Of a stretch of 64,000 bases of DNA, positions 38,457 to 51,620 are shown one piece after another. Position 1 is the first letter of the stretch. Every line of letters starts with the position of its first letter. The stretch lies in NCBI RefSeq assembly GCF_963921235.1, contig NC_086124.1, positions 18,786,001 to 18,850,000 of the forward strand, written 5' to 3'. Source of the stretch: Mobula hypostoma (taxonomy: Eukaryota). The translations under genes were made by a program, and so were the position numbers. The notes beneath the pieces were generated by a model, which was given only the letters and a program-made list of their open reading frames with translations, did no database searches and had not been told where the DNA came from.

Positions 38457-38784
38457 TTTTCCTTTTTTTTTTGGCATGTGCCTGTGTGTGTGCAAGTCTG
38501 TGCGTGCGTGCATGCGCGTGTCAGTGCGTGCATCCATGATGATGTCTTTTTCATGGCTTTTACAAGGTGCGGAGCGAGGGAGAGACTGTGCGGCGCACCA
38601 CTCCTCACACAGACAGTTTCGCAGTATTTTCCCTTCATTTTTTTTACGAGGTCGAATTGCGATCTTGACACTCAACCCGGCACGGATGGAAGGCGTACTT
38701 GGGAGTGGACCCGACTAGTTTCGAACCCGGGAACCTCTGCTCCCGGGTCCAGCGCCGATGTCGTTGTGCCACCGGCTGGCCCCA
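38457..38784 (-). mobile_element. Young tRNA-headed SINE with A-rich tail
   Basis: B box GGTTCGAAAC, high CpG retention; GAATTGACTTT direct repeats at 38446-38456 and 38785-38795. Confidence 0.75.
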
Positions 38785-38795
38785 GAATTGACTTT

Positions 38796-39414
38796 ATTTC
38801 TTACATCCTTCACAGACATGAGGAGTAAAAATCTTTACATTACGTCTCCATCTAAATGTGCAATATGCAATCATAGTAATTTATAATAAATACAACAGTC
38901 AATGAAACATAGACATACACTCAAATCAGCATGAGTTAATCAGTCTGATGGCCTGGTGGAAGAAGCTGTCCCGGAGCCTGTTGGTCCTGGCTTTTATGCT
39001 GCAGTACCATTTCCCAGATGGTAGCAGCTGGAATAGATTGTGGTTGGGGTGACTCAGGTCCCCAATGACCCTTTGGGCCCTTCTTTCACACCTGTCTTTG
39101 TAAATGTCCTGAATCATGGGAGGTTCACAACTACAGATGTGCTGGGCTGTCCGCACCAATCTCTTCAGAATCCTGCGATTAAGGGAGGTACAGTTTCCAT
39201 ACCAGGCAGTGATGTAGCCAATCAGGATGCTCTCAGTTGTGCCCCCGTAGAAAGTTCTTAGGATTTGGGTCCCATACCAAACTTTCTCAACCGTCTGAGG
39301 TGAAAGAGGTGCTGTTATGCCTTTTACACCACATAGCTAGTGTGTACAGACCATGTGAAATCCTCGGTGATGTGGATGCTGAGGAACTTAAAACTGTTTA
39401 GCCTCTCAACCACA
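38796..39414 (-). mobile_element. Rex1/Babar-like LINE 3' fragment; many related 3' ends elsewhere (e.g. about 6060-6400, 9190-9390, 21850-22460, 56690-57020, 60600-60940, 62000-62830)
   Basis: SHPNHNLFQLLPSGKWYCSIKARTNRLRDSFFHQAIRLIN-type C-terminus. Confidence 0.75.
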
Positions 39415-40274
39415 GAACCACCAGGTTCAGGAACAGTTATTACTCCTCAACCATCAGGCTCTTCAACCAAAGGAGATAACTTCACTCAACTTCACTTGCC
39501 CCATCATTGAAATGTTCCCACAATCAGTGGACTCACTTTTAAGGACTATTCATCTCATTATCTCAATATATATGCGACGACACTGGTGCCAAGCTGTATG
39601 GGTCCTAATTCCCTTCCCTTGGACAACATTGGTGTCGTGGAGAGGGGAGACTTGCAGCATGGGCAACTGCTGGTCTTCCATACAACCTTGCCCAGGCCTG
39701 CGCCCTGGAGAGTGAAGACTTTCCAGGTGCAGATCCATGGTCTCGCAAGACTAACAGATGCCTTTAATTAATTTATTTATTTATTCATTCATTCCTCTTT
39801 TTGTATTTGCACAGTTTGCTGTCTTCTGCGTTTTGTTTGAATGCCCTAGTTGGGCGGTCTTTCTTTAATTCTGTTATGTTTCTATTCTATTGATTTATTG
39901 AGTATGCCCACAAGAAAATTGTCAGGGTTGTATATGGTGGCATATATGTACTTTGATAGTAAATTTACTTTCAAGTTGGAGTATTTTGTGTTGTGGGTGG
40001 CATGGTAGCATAGTGGCTAGTGTAACACATTACAGCACCAGCACCTGGGGTTCCATTCCCGCCGCCTTGACCGTGTGGGTTTCCTCCCTCATTCCAAAGA
40101 TATACGGGTTAGGATTAGTAAGTTGTGAGTATACTATGTTGGCACTGGAAGCATAACACACGTGGGGGTTGACCCCCCACACATCCTTAAACTGTGTTGG
40201 CCATTGACACAAATGGCAGATTTCACTGTGTACATTTCGATGTTTTGATGCACACTGTTCCCTAAGGTTATTAT

Positions 40275-40850
40275 AGCTAGGGGAGATCGTGGGGATAAGC
40301 TCCCATTACCCATTAAATGCTTCCACTGTCCCATGTCGCAAATAGACTCTGACAACCAAGTCCAGCTCCTGGCCATCACGTGACTTAATAACTAACCCCT
40401 GCAGAACTGTTTCTACTGACAGGAGCAGGGGCAAAGGCAGATGACTGGGGCCTTAAAACCAGTTGCTTTGCACGGATGAGGCTTGTTACCAGTGGTCTCC
40501 AGCTCGTCTAAAAGAAGGAAAACTCTGATCTCAAATCTCAAATCTCGCTGTCTTGTAGCTATACCCATTCATGGCAAAGGCTTTGGGAGTAAACTCCAAG
40601 AAAAATCCAGAGCTGGAGTCTTCAAGGCAGCCCTACATTGAGTTCTGCGCTAACTGTCAACTCCTGCAATGCCACTGCTGACAAACTGTATTGGTTTCTA
40701 CTGTTCCTTTGGATTCATCGGAGGTGTGGAGAGAGGGACAGCCCGCTAGATAGGTAACAGCTTGCAGTCCACATTGTATAGCTCTGGCTGGTGTATTGCA
40801 AACACAGCTGAGATGCAACATCCATGATCAACGGTGGGCCTCTGGGATAT
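40275..40850 (+). mobile_element. Probable RTE-related non-autonomous element
   Basis: Resembles recalled RTE 5'UTR-derived repeats (CCTTAAAACCAGT, AGAAGGAAAACTCTGATCTCAAA); single copy in the window. Confidence 0.4.
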
Positions 40851-41552
40851 GATGTACCGGTGACAAATTAAGCTAATCCCTAAAGATCTTTATCTTCCTG
40901 GTCACCCCATTACAACCCATTGAAACATATTATTTCTTTTTACAATCGCAAGACCCTGCTGTATATTAAGAAGTTAAAGTACTGCAGGTCTACTGAGTTA
41001 CTCATTGGCAGAGAAACTGAAGGAGCTGGACTTGGTGCAGATCGTGCTGCTGCTCCATGCATCAGAGAGGAATCAGAGGAGTTGGTGTGTGAAGAACGTG
41101 TGCAGTCCAACAGTCACTTTTCTTCTGATCAGAAGAACCTATTTTACATTGTTAATGTGGAATGCTGCAAGTCCAATTCACTGATTTATTGGTGGACGGG
41201 GGGGAGCTACGTGGCCTCGGTCGTAACAAGGACCAGGCCTCAAGACATGGTGTCACTTATTTCCAGCTGCCCAGGAAGGGGTGCTGCATTTGGTGCACTC
41301 TACTGGAGGAGGTGTGGCGTGGTGTCCAAGCTGCAATTAGTGCTGCCCCCAAGTGTTCGCTCAGCAGAAGACAAGCTGTATTGTGTTCAACTTCAGACTG
41401 CTGCAACATTCCTGGACCTTTTTTTTTTGGTGTGACTGTATTTTACTGATATCTTACATGTGCTATATGTGCCTTCTGCTGTGTGTGACTGTTGATACTG
41501 TGTTTTTCACCTTGGCCCCAGAATAATTCTGTTTTGTTTAGCTGTACTGTAC

Positions 41553-44500
41553 TTAGAAACATAGAAAACCTACAGCACAATACAGACACTTCAGCCCACA
41601 ATGCTATGCAGAATATGTATTTACTTATAAATTACCTGAGGTTACCATGGCCCTCTATTTTTCTAAGCTCCATGTACCTATCCAGGAGTCTCTTAAAAGA
41701 CCCTGTCGTATCTGCCTCCACCACCATCGCCGGCAACCCATTCCAAGCACTCACCACTCTTTGCATAAAAAACTTACCCCTGACAGCTCCTCTGTACCTA
41801 CTTCCAAGCACATTAAAATTGTGCCCTCTCATGTTAGCTATTTTAGCCCTGGGAAAAAGCCTCTGACTATCCACATGCTCAATGCCTCTCATCATCTTAT
41901 ACACCTCTATCAGGTCACCTCTCATCTTCCGCTGCTCCAAGAAGAAAAGGCCAAGTTTACTCAACCTATTGTCATAAGACATGCTACCCAATCAAGTCAA
42001 CATCCTTGCAAATCTCCTCTGAACCTTTTCTATAGTTTCCACATCCATCCTATAGTAAGGTGACCAGAACTGAGCACGGTACTCCAAATGGGACCTGACC
42101 AGGGTCCTATATAGCTGCAACATTACCTCTCGGCTCTTAAACTGAATCCCACGGTTGATGAAGGCCAATGCACTGTATGCCTTCTTAACCACAGAGTCAA
42201 ACTGCACAGCAGCTTTCAGTGTCCTATGGACTCGGACCCCAAGATCCCTCTGATCCTTCACACTGCCAAGAGTCTTACCATTAATACTATATTCTGCCAT
42301 CATATTTGACCTACCAAAATGAATCACCTCACACTTATTTGGGTTGAACTCTATCTGCCACTTCTCAGCCTAGTTTTGCATCCTATCGATGTCCGGCTGT
42401 AACCTCTGACAGCCATCCACACTATCCACAACACCCCCAAAATTGTGTCATTAGCAAATTTACTAAACCATCCCTTCATTTCCTCATCCAGCTTATTTAT
42501 AAAAAAATCACAAAGAGAAGGGGTCCCAGAACAGATCCCTGAGGCACACCACTGGTCACTGACCTCCATGCAGAATATGACCCATCTACAACCACTCTTT
42601 GGCTTCTGTGAGCAAGCCAATTCTAGATGCACAAAGCAAGGTCCCCTTGGATCTCATGCCTCCTGACTTTCTCAATAAGCCTTACATGGGGTACCTTATC
42701 AAATGCCTTGCTGAAATCCATATACATGACATCTACTGCTCTACCTTCATCTATGTGTTTAGTCACATCATCAAAAAATTCATTCAGACTCGTAAGGCAC
42801 AGCCTGCCTTTGACAAGCCATGCTGACTATTCCTAATCATATTATGCCTCTCCAAATGTTCATAAATCCTGCCTCTCTGGAACTTCTCCATCAACCTACC
42901 AACCACTGAAGTAAGACTTATTGGTCTATAATTTCCTGGGCTATCTCTGCTCCCTTTCTTAAATAAGGGAACAACCGAAACCCTCCAAATACCGGATCCT
43001 CTCCCATCCCCATTGATGATGCAAATATCATTGCCAGAGGCTCAGTAATCTCCTCTCTCGCCTCCCACTGTAGCCTGGGATACAGATTATCCAGTCCCGG
43101 AGACTTATCCAACTTGATGCTTTCCAAAAGCTCCAGCACATCCTCTTTCTTAATGTCTATGTTCTCAAGCTTTTCAAGCCACTGTAAGTCATCCTTACAA
43201 TCGCTAAAATCCTTTTCTGTAGTGAATACTGAAGCAAAGTATTCATTAAGTACCTCTGTTATCTCCTCCGGTTCCATACACACTTTTCCACTGTCACACT
43301 TGATTGGTCCTATTCTCTCACGTCTTATCCTCTTGCTCTTCAGATACTTGCAGAATGCCTTGGGGTTTTCCTTAATCCTGCTTGCCAAGGCTTTCTCACG
43401 GCCCCTTCTGGCTCTCCTAATTTCATTGTTAAGCTCCTTCTTGCTAGCCTTATAATCTTCTAAATCTCTATCATTACCTAGTTTTTTGAACCTTTTTGTG
43501 AGCTTTTATTTTCTTCTTGACTAGATTTTCAACAGCCTTTGCACACCATGGTTCCTGTACCCTACCATCATTTCCCTATCTCATTGGAACGTACCTCTAC
43601 AGAATGCCCCACAAATATCCCCTGAATATTTGCTACATTTCTGCCATACACTTCCCTGAGAATATCTGTTCCCAATTTATGCTTCCAAGTTCCTGCCTGA
43701 TAGCTTCATATTTCCCCTTACTCCAATTAAACACTTTCCTAAATTGTCTGTTCCTATCCCTCTCCAACGCTATGGTAAAGGAGGTAGACGTGATCCCTAT
43801 CTCCAAAATGCTCTCCCACTGAGAGACCTGACACCTGACCAGGTTCACTTCCCAATACCAGATCAAGTACAGCCTCTCCTCTTGTAGCCTTATCCACATC
43901 AGGAAACATTCCTGAACAAACCTAACAAACTCCACCTCATTGGGAAATTAAAATCTCCCAGCACAACAACCCTATTATTTTTACACCTTTCCAGAATCTG
44001 TCTCCCTATCTGCCCCTCTGTGTCTCTGTTACTATTGGGTGGTCTGTAAAAAACACTCAGTAGAGTTATTGACTCCTTCCTGTTTCTAACTTCCACCTAC
44101 AGTGACTAAATGACTTCCTCCTTTTCTGCAGCTGTGACACTATCTCTGATCAGCAGTGCCATGCCCCCACCTCTTTTGCCTCCCTCCCTGTCCTTTCTGA
44201 ACATCTAAAGCCTGGCACTCTAATATCCATTCCTGCCCTGAACGATCCAAGTCTCTGTAATGGCCACAACATCATAGCTCCAAGTACTGATCCACACTCT
44301 AAGCTCATTCACTTTGTTCATGATGCTTCTTGCATTCAAATAGATACATCTCAAACCATCGGTCTGAGCGCATCCCTTCTTTATCACCTGCCTATCCTCC
44401 CTCTCGCACTGTCTCCAAGCTTTCTCTATTTGTGAGCCAACAGCCCTTTCCTCCATCTCTTCAGTTCAGTTCCCAGCCACCAGCAATTCTAGTTTAAACC

Positions 44501-45580
44501 CTCCCCAAGAGCCTTAGGAAACCTCCCTGCCAGGATATTAGTTCCCCTCAGATTCAAGGGCAACCTATCCTTTTTGTACAGGTCACGCCTGCTCCAAAAG
44601 AGGTCCCAACGATCCAGGAATCTGAATCCCTGCCCACTTCTCCAATCCCTCAGCTACACATTTATCTTCCACCTCAGCTCTATACCTATACTCACTGTCG
44701 CGTGGCACAGGCAGTAATCCCAAGATTACTACCTTTGAGGTCCTGCTTCTGAACTTCCTTTCTAACTCCCTGTAGTCTGTTTTCAGGACCTTCTCTCTTT
44801 TCCTACCTATGTCGTTGTTACCAACATGTACCAGGACCTCCGGCTGTTCACCTTCCCACTTCAAGATATCGTGGACGTGATCAGAAACATCCCGGACCCT
44901 GGCATCTGGGAGGCAAACTACCATCCGTGTTTCTTTCCTGCATCCACAGAATCGCCTGTGTGACCCCTAATTATAGAGTCCCCTATTACTGCTTCCTTTC
45001 CCTAAACTTCTGAGCCACAGGGCCAGACTCTGTGCCAGAGGCATGGCCACTGTTCCTTACCCCAGAAAGTCCATTCTCCCCCAGCAGTACTCAAATAGAG
45101 TATTTATTGTTAAGGGGGACAGCCACAGGGGTACTCTCTAGCATCTGCCTCTTGTCCTTCCCTCTCCTGTTACCCACTTATCTGCCTCCCAAAGCCCCGG
45201 TGTGACTACTTGCCTATAGTTCCTCTCTATCACCTCCTCACTTCCCCTGACCAGACAAAGGTCATCGAGCTGCAGCTCCAGCTCCCTAACCCGGTCCCTA
45301 AGGAGCTGCAATTCGATGCACGTGGCGCAGATGTGCCCTCCAGGAGGCTGGGCATCTCCCAGACTTCCCACATCTGACACCCAGTACAGAACACTGGCCT
45401 CACAGACATATTTCCTGTTTCTATTCTTCACAGATAACCTACCTGGCTTCGACTCATTATCACCAAAGCCCTCCTACTTTGTCTCCCTCTACTCTGTCAC
45501 CAGCTCTGTAAAGCTGTCTCCTTTTAAACTTCACACCAGTCTAACTCACTGACGTCCACGTGCTTGCACAGTCGTCCTTC
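41553..45580 (-). mobile_element. Near full-length degenerate CR1 LINE (ORF1 zinc finger/coiled coil plus esterase; ORF2 APE plus RT)
   Basis: HICATCIELQLLRDRVRELE, VLVHVGNNDIG, YLNARSIMNK, AITETW, VVLGDFNFP, IKENPKAF and RT fragments in order, with many frameshifts. 5' end approximate. Confidence 0.92.
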
Positions 45581-46288
45581 GATCAAACTTGTGGGTATTC
45601 ATGCATGGTTGAATAGCAACGAAACTTGAGGTAAGCAACATGCATCATGAAAGAACAACCCCCATCTGGGCTGTGCCATCTTCTCACAACTCCTATCGGG
45701 CAGGAGGTACAGAAACCTGAAGGTTCACACCAACAGATTCGGGAATAGCTGCTTCCCTTTAACCATTCAGTTCTTGAACCAATCAGCACAACAGTAATCA
45801 CTGCCTCAGAAGCAACACTAAGACCACTTCTCCACGACTTTGGACTGGGTTTTTTTACTGCCTGTTAGCCACTGACATTTAGGGCAGCAATGAAGGTCTT
45901 TCATCTCTGTCTGTCCATGCTGTCACACATGGATATAGAAGGTTTCTTCCCTGCTGTTTCCAAAACTATTTTTTTTTACCAGTCAGAGATATTAATCCCA
46001 AGCTGAAGCCCCAAACTTGGAGGACCGGTGGACCACTCTTACTCTGGCCTCTACCCTTTGACCTGTTTGGCATGGGTGACCCAATCAAGAGTCAAAGCAC
46101 AAGGCTCTAACTCCAGTCTACATAGTTCTCTGGGTCACTGAGGCACACAACCCTCCAAACCCTATGACAAGCTTATGGTCCTCTTGGAGATTGACTTTTA
46201 CAACATGGGTATATTTTATCATTTTGAACCTAACTTAGAAATACAAGCTCTAATAATTCCCATACTGGACTCGCACACAAGAAAACCT

Positions 46289-46555
46289 TTTATTTCAAAT
46301 CATATAGAAGACAGGAAAATCTGCATTTTCAAAAAAATACAAGCAGGCAGAAACTGCATATTTGGAACATTAATCTCACAACCACGGTACGTTAGCGTGG
46401 AGAAATATATACAAGTTCTATGCACAGCCCCTGAGAATTTGCATATTCAAAGTATATTCAGTTTGTGGTATGGACTGGTGCCTAGGAAAGTCAGTTATCA
46501 GCCACCAGATTGCAGCAGATACAAAACTTAATTTAAAGAATTGGGCAGATTTATT
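46289..46555 (-). terminator. Two candidate AATAAA polyadenylation signals for JOSD2 (46550-46555 and 46289-46294)
   Basis: tttatt on the plus strand at both positions, 1.1-1.4 kb after the stop codon. GT-rich sequence follows the distal one on the minus strand. Confidence 0.5.
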
Positions 46556-47689
46556 CAGTGCTGCAATGAGGATGGATGGGGAGTGGGTGTCTGGGGTGGG
46601 AGATTGCATACTCATTCATAAGGTGTGCAAATGAGTGTCTCTTTGTGTGCATATATGTATACAAAAGGGAGAGACAGAGATTGTGTGAAAGTTTGTATCA
46701 GAGAGAAAAACATGTGTGAGTGTGTGTGTATGTGTGTGTGTGAGAGAGAGAGACAGAGAGATATATTGATTATATTTTTTTTAATGTGTGTGTATGCATG
46801 TATAGGGCAATCAACATATTCCAAGTGAATCGAATGATGGAGGTTGCATATTTACATTCCATGCAAATTCAGAGTGACAATCAAACCATGTCTCCCCCCA
46901 CCATCTCATTACCACCACTACTGTAAGGAGGTGCAGGGGGAGAGGATCCCACACTCTCCTTGCTCTGGGGGGGGGCTGGGTGAAGGAGGGAGGGAGGAGT
47001 TGATTTCCTTCAGCACCCTCCAATTCAGCAGGATTCCTGCCGACAGCCAGGTTCTTCCAGATGCTGGCTTACCACTGCGAACTGCCCAACAGATCTGGTG
47101 AGGCACATGCTTTCCAACAACTGGGAGGGAGGTTAAAGTGCAGACTGGACAAAGGATGGTCTCCTCCCAACCTCCTCCTTTCCCCTCTCCATCTATCTCT
47201 TCGAACACAACACTCCCACCATCTATCCCATACCTCTCTCAAATCCTTTCCCTATGCCACCCCTCCTGTTCTCTTTCCCTTCCCAAATGTTTTCTCTCTC
47301 CATCCTCTTCTCTACCCTCCCCTCCCCTTGCCACCCTTCTCCTCTGCTCCCTCCATCTGCTGTCTTAATCTTTTGATAATCAGAGATGTGAGGTAAAGTT
47401 TCTATGTACACATTCAACTACTCTTATCTACATCTCTCTTCCCCTCTCTCTCTCTACTTCCCCTCCCTTTTCCCCCTTCTCTCTGTATCTGATCTCCAAA
47501 CTACCATCCACATGTTAAGAGGTGGGAAAGCAAGGTTCTCTCCACACCCACTCTTCCCCTGCCTGTCTCCCCCACCTCTCCCTTTCTATCCCTCACACCA
47601 TCTCCCCACCCCACCCCCATTCCTTCTTTCTCTCTCCCTTTCTCTTTCAATCTCTCTCCCCCCTCACTGTGTCTCCCCTCTCTCCTCTA

Positions 47690-47846
47690 TTACTCTCCAC
47701 TCCCTGGCCCCTCTCTCCATCCAACGCCCCATCTGGCCTTCCGGGCCTTCAGAGGGGAAAGCCAGCTGCCGTCTTCCTCCACTGCCCTCTCCACCACCAG
47801 CAGTAGCTCACAGGAGTCCTGGGCAATCTGATCTGTCAGGAACTTC
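47690..47846 (-). CDS. JOSD2: JOSD2 terminal coding exon (KFLTDQIAQDSCELLLVVERAVEEDGSWLSPLKARKARWGVGWREGPGSGE*)
   Basis: gacag acceptor; CELLLVV...EEDGSWL matches the JOSD2 C-terminus. The four exons sum to 621 nt (206 aa plus stop). Confidence 0.9.
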
Positions 47847-47959
47847 CTGTCGGCACAAAACAGCCAAACCAGCATCAGTTCTCAAGACGGTAGCTTCACA
47901 CTACAGAAATGCACAGAACCGTTGGGCTAAACCACACAAAGAAGCATGTGACCATAAGC

Positions 47960-49555
47960 AAAGGGGTAGTGGTGGGAGAGGGTCAGGGAGGGTTTTGAAC
48001 AGGAACAATGGGAATATAGGGGTTACAGAGTTAGGGAGAGGGGTTTGAACTGGAGGATGGGGAACGTAGGGGCTACAGAGACAGGAAGGAGGCGAAGGAG
48101 GGGTTTGAACCGGAGGATGGGAAGTGTAGGGGTTTCAATGATAGGGAGAAGGGCAAGAGAGGTGTTTGAACAGGAGAATGGGAAGTGCATGGACTACGGA
48201 GATAGGGAGGAGGCAAAGGAGGGGTTTGAACAGGAGGATGGGAAGTGTAAGGGTTTCAAAGATAGGGAGAAGGGCAAGAGAGGTGTTTGAACAGGAGAAT
48301 GGGGAGTGTACGGACTACAGAGATAGGGAGGAGGCGAAGGAGGGGTTTGAACAGGAGGATGGGGAGTGTACGGACTACAGAGATAGGGAGGAGGTGAAGG
48401 AGGGGTTTGAACAGGAGGATGGGGAGTGTATGGACTACAGAGATAGGGAGGAGGCGAAGGAGGGGTTTGAACAGGAGGATGGGGAGTGTAGGGGTTACAG
48501 AGATAAGAAGGAGGCGAGGGAGGGGTTTGGTCAGAAGGATGGGGAGAGTAGGGGGTTACAGGGATAGGCAGGGGTTTGAACAGGAGGATGGGGACTGTAG
48601 GGGTTAAAAGAGATAAGGAGGGGTTTGAACAGGAGGATGGGGAGTGTAGGGGTTACAGAGATAAGAAAGAGGCGAGGGAGGGGTTTGATCAGGAGGATGG
48701 GGAGTGTAGGGGTTAAAAGAGATAAGGAGGGGTTTGAACAGGAGGATGGGGAGTGTAGGGGTTACAGAGATAAGAAGGAGGCGAGGGAGGGGTTTAAGCA
48801 GGAGGATGGGGAGTGTAGGGGGTTACAGAGATAGGCAGGGGTTTGAACAGGAGGATGGGGACTGTAGGGGTTAAAAGAGATAAGGAGGGGTTTGAACAGG
48901 AGGATGGGGGGTATAGGGGGTTATAAAGATAGGCAGGGGCTTGAACAGGAGGATAGGGAGTGTGGGGGTTAACAGATACAGGGAGGGGATGAGGGAGGGG
49001 TTTGAATAGGAGGATAGGAAGTATAAAGGTTACAGAGATAGGGAGGGCTGGGGAAGGGTTGAACAGGAGAATGGAGAGTGTAGGGATTGCAGAGATAAAT
49101 GGGTGGGCTAGGGAGGGCTTGGAACAGGACGACGGGGAGTGTAGGGGTTACACAGATAGGGAGGGACGAGGGAGGGGTTTGAACAGAAGGCATGAGAATG
49201 TGGGGTAACAGAGATTTGAATAGCAGGACAGAGAGAGTAGGGGTTACAAAGATAGATGGGGGGGCGAGGGAGAGGTTTGATCAGGAGTTTGGGGAGTGTA
49301 GAGTTTACAGAAATAGGGAAGGAGCGAGAGAAGGGTTTGAACAGGAGGATGGGGAGTATAGAGGTTACAGGGACAGGGAGGGGGCAAAGGAGGGTTTTGA
49401 ACTGGGAGACTGGGAATGTAAGGGGTTATAGAGAGGAACGGAGCGAGGGAGGGATTTGAGCAAGAGGATGGGGAGTGTAGGGGTTACAGAAGGAAGGGGG
49501 TTTGAACAGAATGGACTGAGAATACAGGGATTACAGAGATAGGGAAGGGATGTAA
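47960..49555. repeat. Purine-rich minisatellite, unit about 50-61 bp, in JOSD2 intron 3
   Basis: Repeated GGGTTTGAACAGGAGGATGGGGAGTGTAGGGGTTACAGAGATAGGGAGGAGGCGAAGGA. Confidence 0.95.
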
Positions 49556-49660
49556 ACAAAAGGGGCTGGAGGGTAGGCTGCACAGGCCACCACCTCCATG
49601 TCAACCCTCATCTACCCCCTCCCCCAACTTTCCCATCCCAAACCCCACCGCCCCACTCAC

Positions 49661-49855
49661 CTGAGCTCAGCGTCAGAGCCGATAGCAGCAGGGGCTTTGA
49701 GCTTGGAGTCGAGGTTGTAGTAGGACCCATGGACGGGCCGAACAGCCACCCAATGCTGGCGGCGGATGGGCAGAGTCACTGGGCCCAGAGACACATTGGA
49801 CGGGATGTTAAGGATGAAGCCCAGGACCCGGCTGAGATCCAGACTGTCCAGGGAC
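49661..49855 (-). CDS. JOSD2: JOSD2 coding exon 3 (SLDSLDLSRVLGFILNIPSNVSLGPVTLPIRRQHWVAVRPVHGSYYNLDSKLKAPAAIGSDAELR), contains catalytic His and Asp
   Basis: 195 nt with ccccag acceptor and AG|GTGAGT donor. Carries the HW and YYNLDSKL motifs. Confidence 0.95.
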
Positions 49856-50547
49856 CTGGGGTGGGGGTGGAGGAAGTACAGAGAGGAGAGAGGAGAAGGA
49901 GGAGAGAGGAAGGAGGGATAGAAGCAGAGAGAAGCAGGAGAGAGCCAAGAAAAGGGGAGAGGGTAAATAGGGTGGTGGGGGGAAGGTAGGAGAGCAGGAA
50001 GAAAGAGGTAAGATCGAGAAAAGATGGGAAGGGAGGGGGAGAGAGGGGGTGAAANNNNNNNNNNNNNNNNNNNNNNNNNNNNNNNNNNNNNNNNNNNNNN
50101 NNNNNNNNNNNNNNNNNNNNNNNNNNNNNNNNNNNNNNNNNNNNNNNNNNNNNNNNNNNNNNNNNNNNNNNNNNNNNNNNNNNNNNNNNNNNNNNNNNNN
50201 NNNNNNNNNNNNNNNNNNNNNNNNNNNNNNNNNNNNNNNNNNNNNNNNNNNNNNNNNNNNNNNNNNNNNNNNNNNNNNNNNNNNNNNNNNNNNNNNNNNN
50301 NNNNNNNNNNNNNNNNNNNNNNNNNNNNNNNNNNNNNNNNNNNNNNNNNNNNNNNNNNNNNNNNNNNNNNNNNNNNNNNNNNNNNNNNNNNNNNNNNNNN
50401 NNNNNNNNNNNNNNNNNNNNNNNNNNNNNNNNNNNNNNNNNNNNNNNNNNNNNNNNNNNNNNNNNNNNNNNNNNNNNNNNNNNNNNNNNNNNNNNNNNNN
50501 NNNNNNNNNNNNNNNNNNNNNNNNNNNNNNNNNNNNNNNNNNNNNNN

Positions 50548-51620
50548 GAAGGGGTGAGAGAGAAGGGGTGAGAGAGAAGGGGTGAGAGAGGGGAGGGTGG
50601 GGAGAGGGGAGGGTGGGGAGAGGGGAAGGTGGGGAGAGGGGAAGGTGGGGAGAGGGGAAGGTGGGGAGAGAGTAGATGGTGGGCGGAGAGGGTGGGTGGA
50701 GAGAGAGTGGGTGGTGGGGAGGGTGGGTGGAGAGAGAGTGGGTGGAGAGAGAGTGGGTGGTGGGGAGAGGGTGGTGGGGAGTGGGTGGATGGAGAGAGAG
50801 TGGGTGGTGGGGAGAGGGTAGTGGGGAGAGGGTGGTGGGGAGAGGGTGGTGGGGAGAGGGTGGTGTGGAGTGGGAGAGGGTGGGTGGAGAGAGAGTGGGT
50901 GGTGGGGAGTGGGTGGTGGGAGGGTGGGTGGAGAGAGAGTGGGTGGTGGGGAGCAGGTGGGTGGAGAGAGAGTGGGTGGTGGGGAGGGGGTGGTGGGGAG
51001 AGAGGGTGGTGGGGAGAGAGGGTGGTGGGGAGAGAGTGGGTGGTGGAGAGAGAGTGGGTGGTGGGGAGCGGGTGGTGGGGAGAAGGTTGTGGGGAGAGAG
51101 GGTGGTGGAGAGAGAGTTGGTGGCGGGGAGAGAGTGGGTGGTGGGGAGAGAGTGGGTGGTGGGGAGAGAGGGTGGTGGAGAGAGAGGGTGGTGGAGAGAG
51201 AGTTGGTGGCGGGGAGAGAGTGGGTGGTGGGGAGAGGGTGGTGGAGAGAGTGGGTGGTGGAGAGAGTGGGTGGTGGAGAGAGTGGGTGGTGGGGAAAGGG
51301 TGGTGGAGAGAGAGTGGGTGGTGGGGAGAGGGTGGAGAGAGTGGGTGGTGGGGAGCGGGTGGTGGGGAGAGGGTGGGTGGAGAGAGAGTGGGTGGCGGGG
51401 AGGGGGTGGGTGGTGGGGAGAGGGTGGGTGGAGAGAGAGTGGGTGGAGGGGAGAGGGTGAGTGGAGAGTGAGTGATAAGTGGGGAGAGTGGTGGGGGAGG
51501 GGCAAGAGGGGTGGGGGAAGGGTGGAGGAGGGAGGGGAGAGGGGGAGGGGGAGAGAGAGGGGTGGTGTAGAGAGTGGGAGGGAGGAAGGTGGTTGAGAGA
51601 GAGGTGGTTGGGAGAGAGGG
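50548..51620. repeat. G-rich low-complexity tandem repeat (GGGTGGTGGGGAGAGAGT-like) in JOSD2 intron 2
   Basis: Directly visible; adjoins N gap 50055-50547. Confidence 0.95.

Noticed and set aside
47960-49555. Regular repeats resembling a CRISPR array, and repetitive ORFs (EGFEQEDGEC)n
   Set aside because: No unique spacers, no cas genes, eukaryotic intron; it is a minisatellite.
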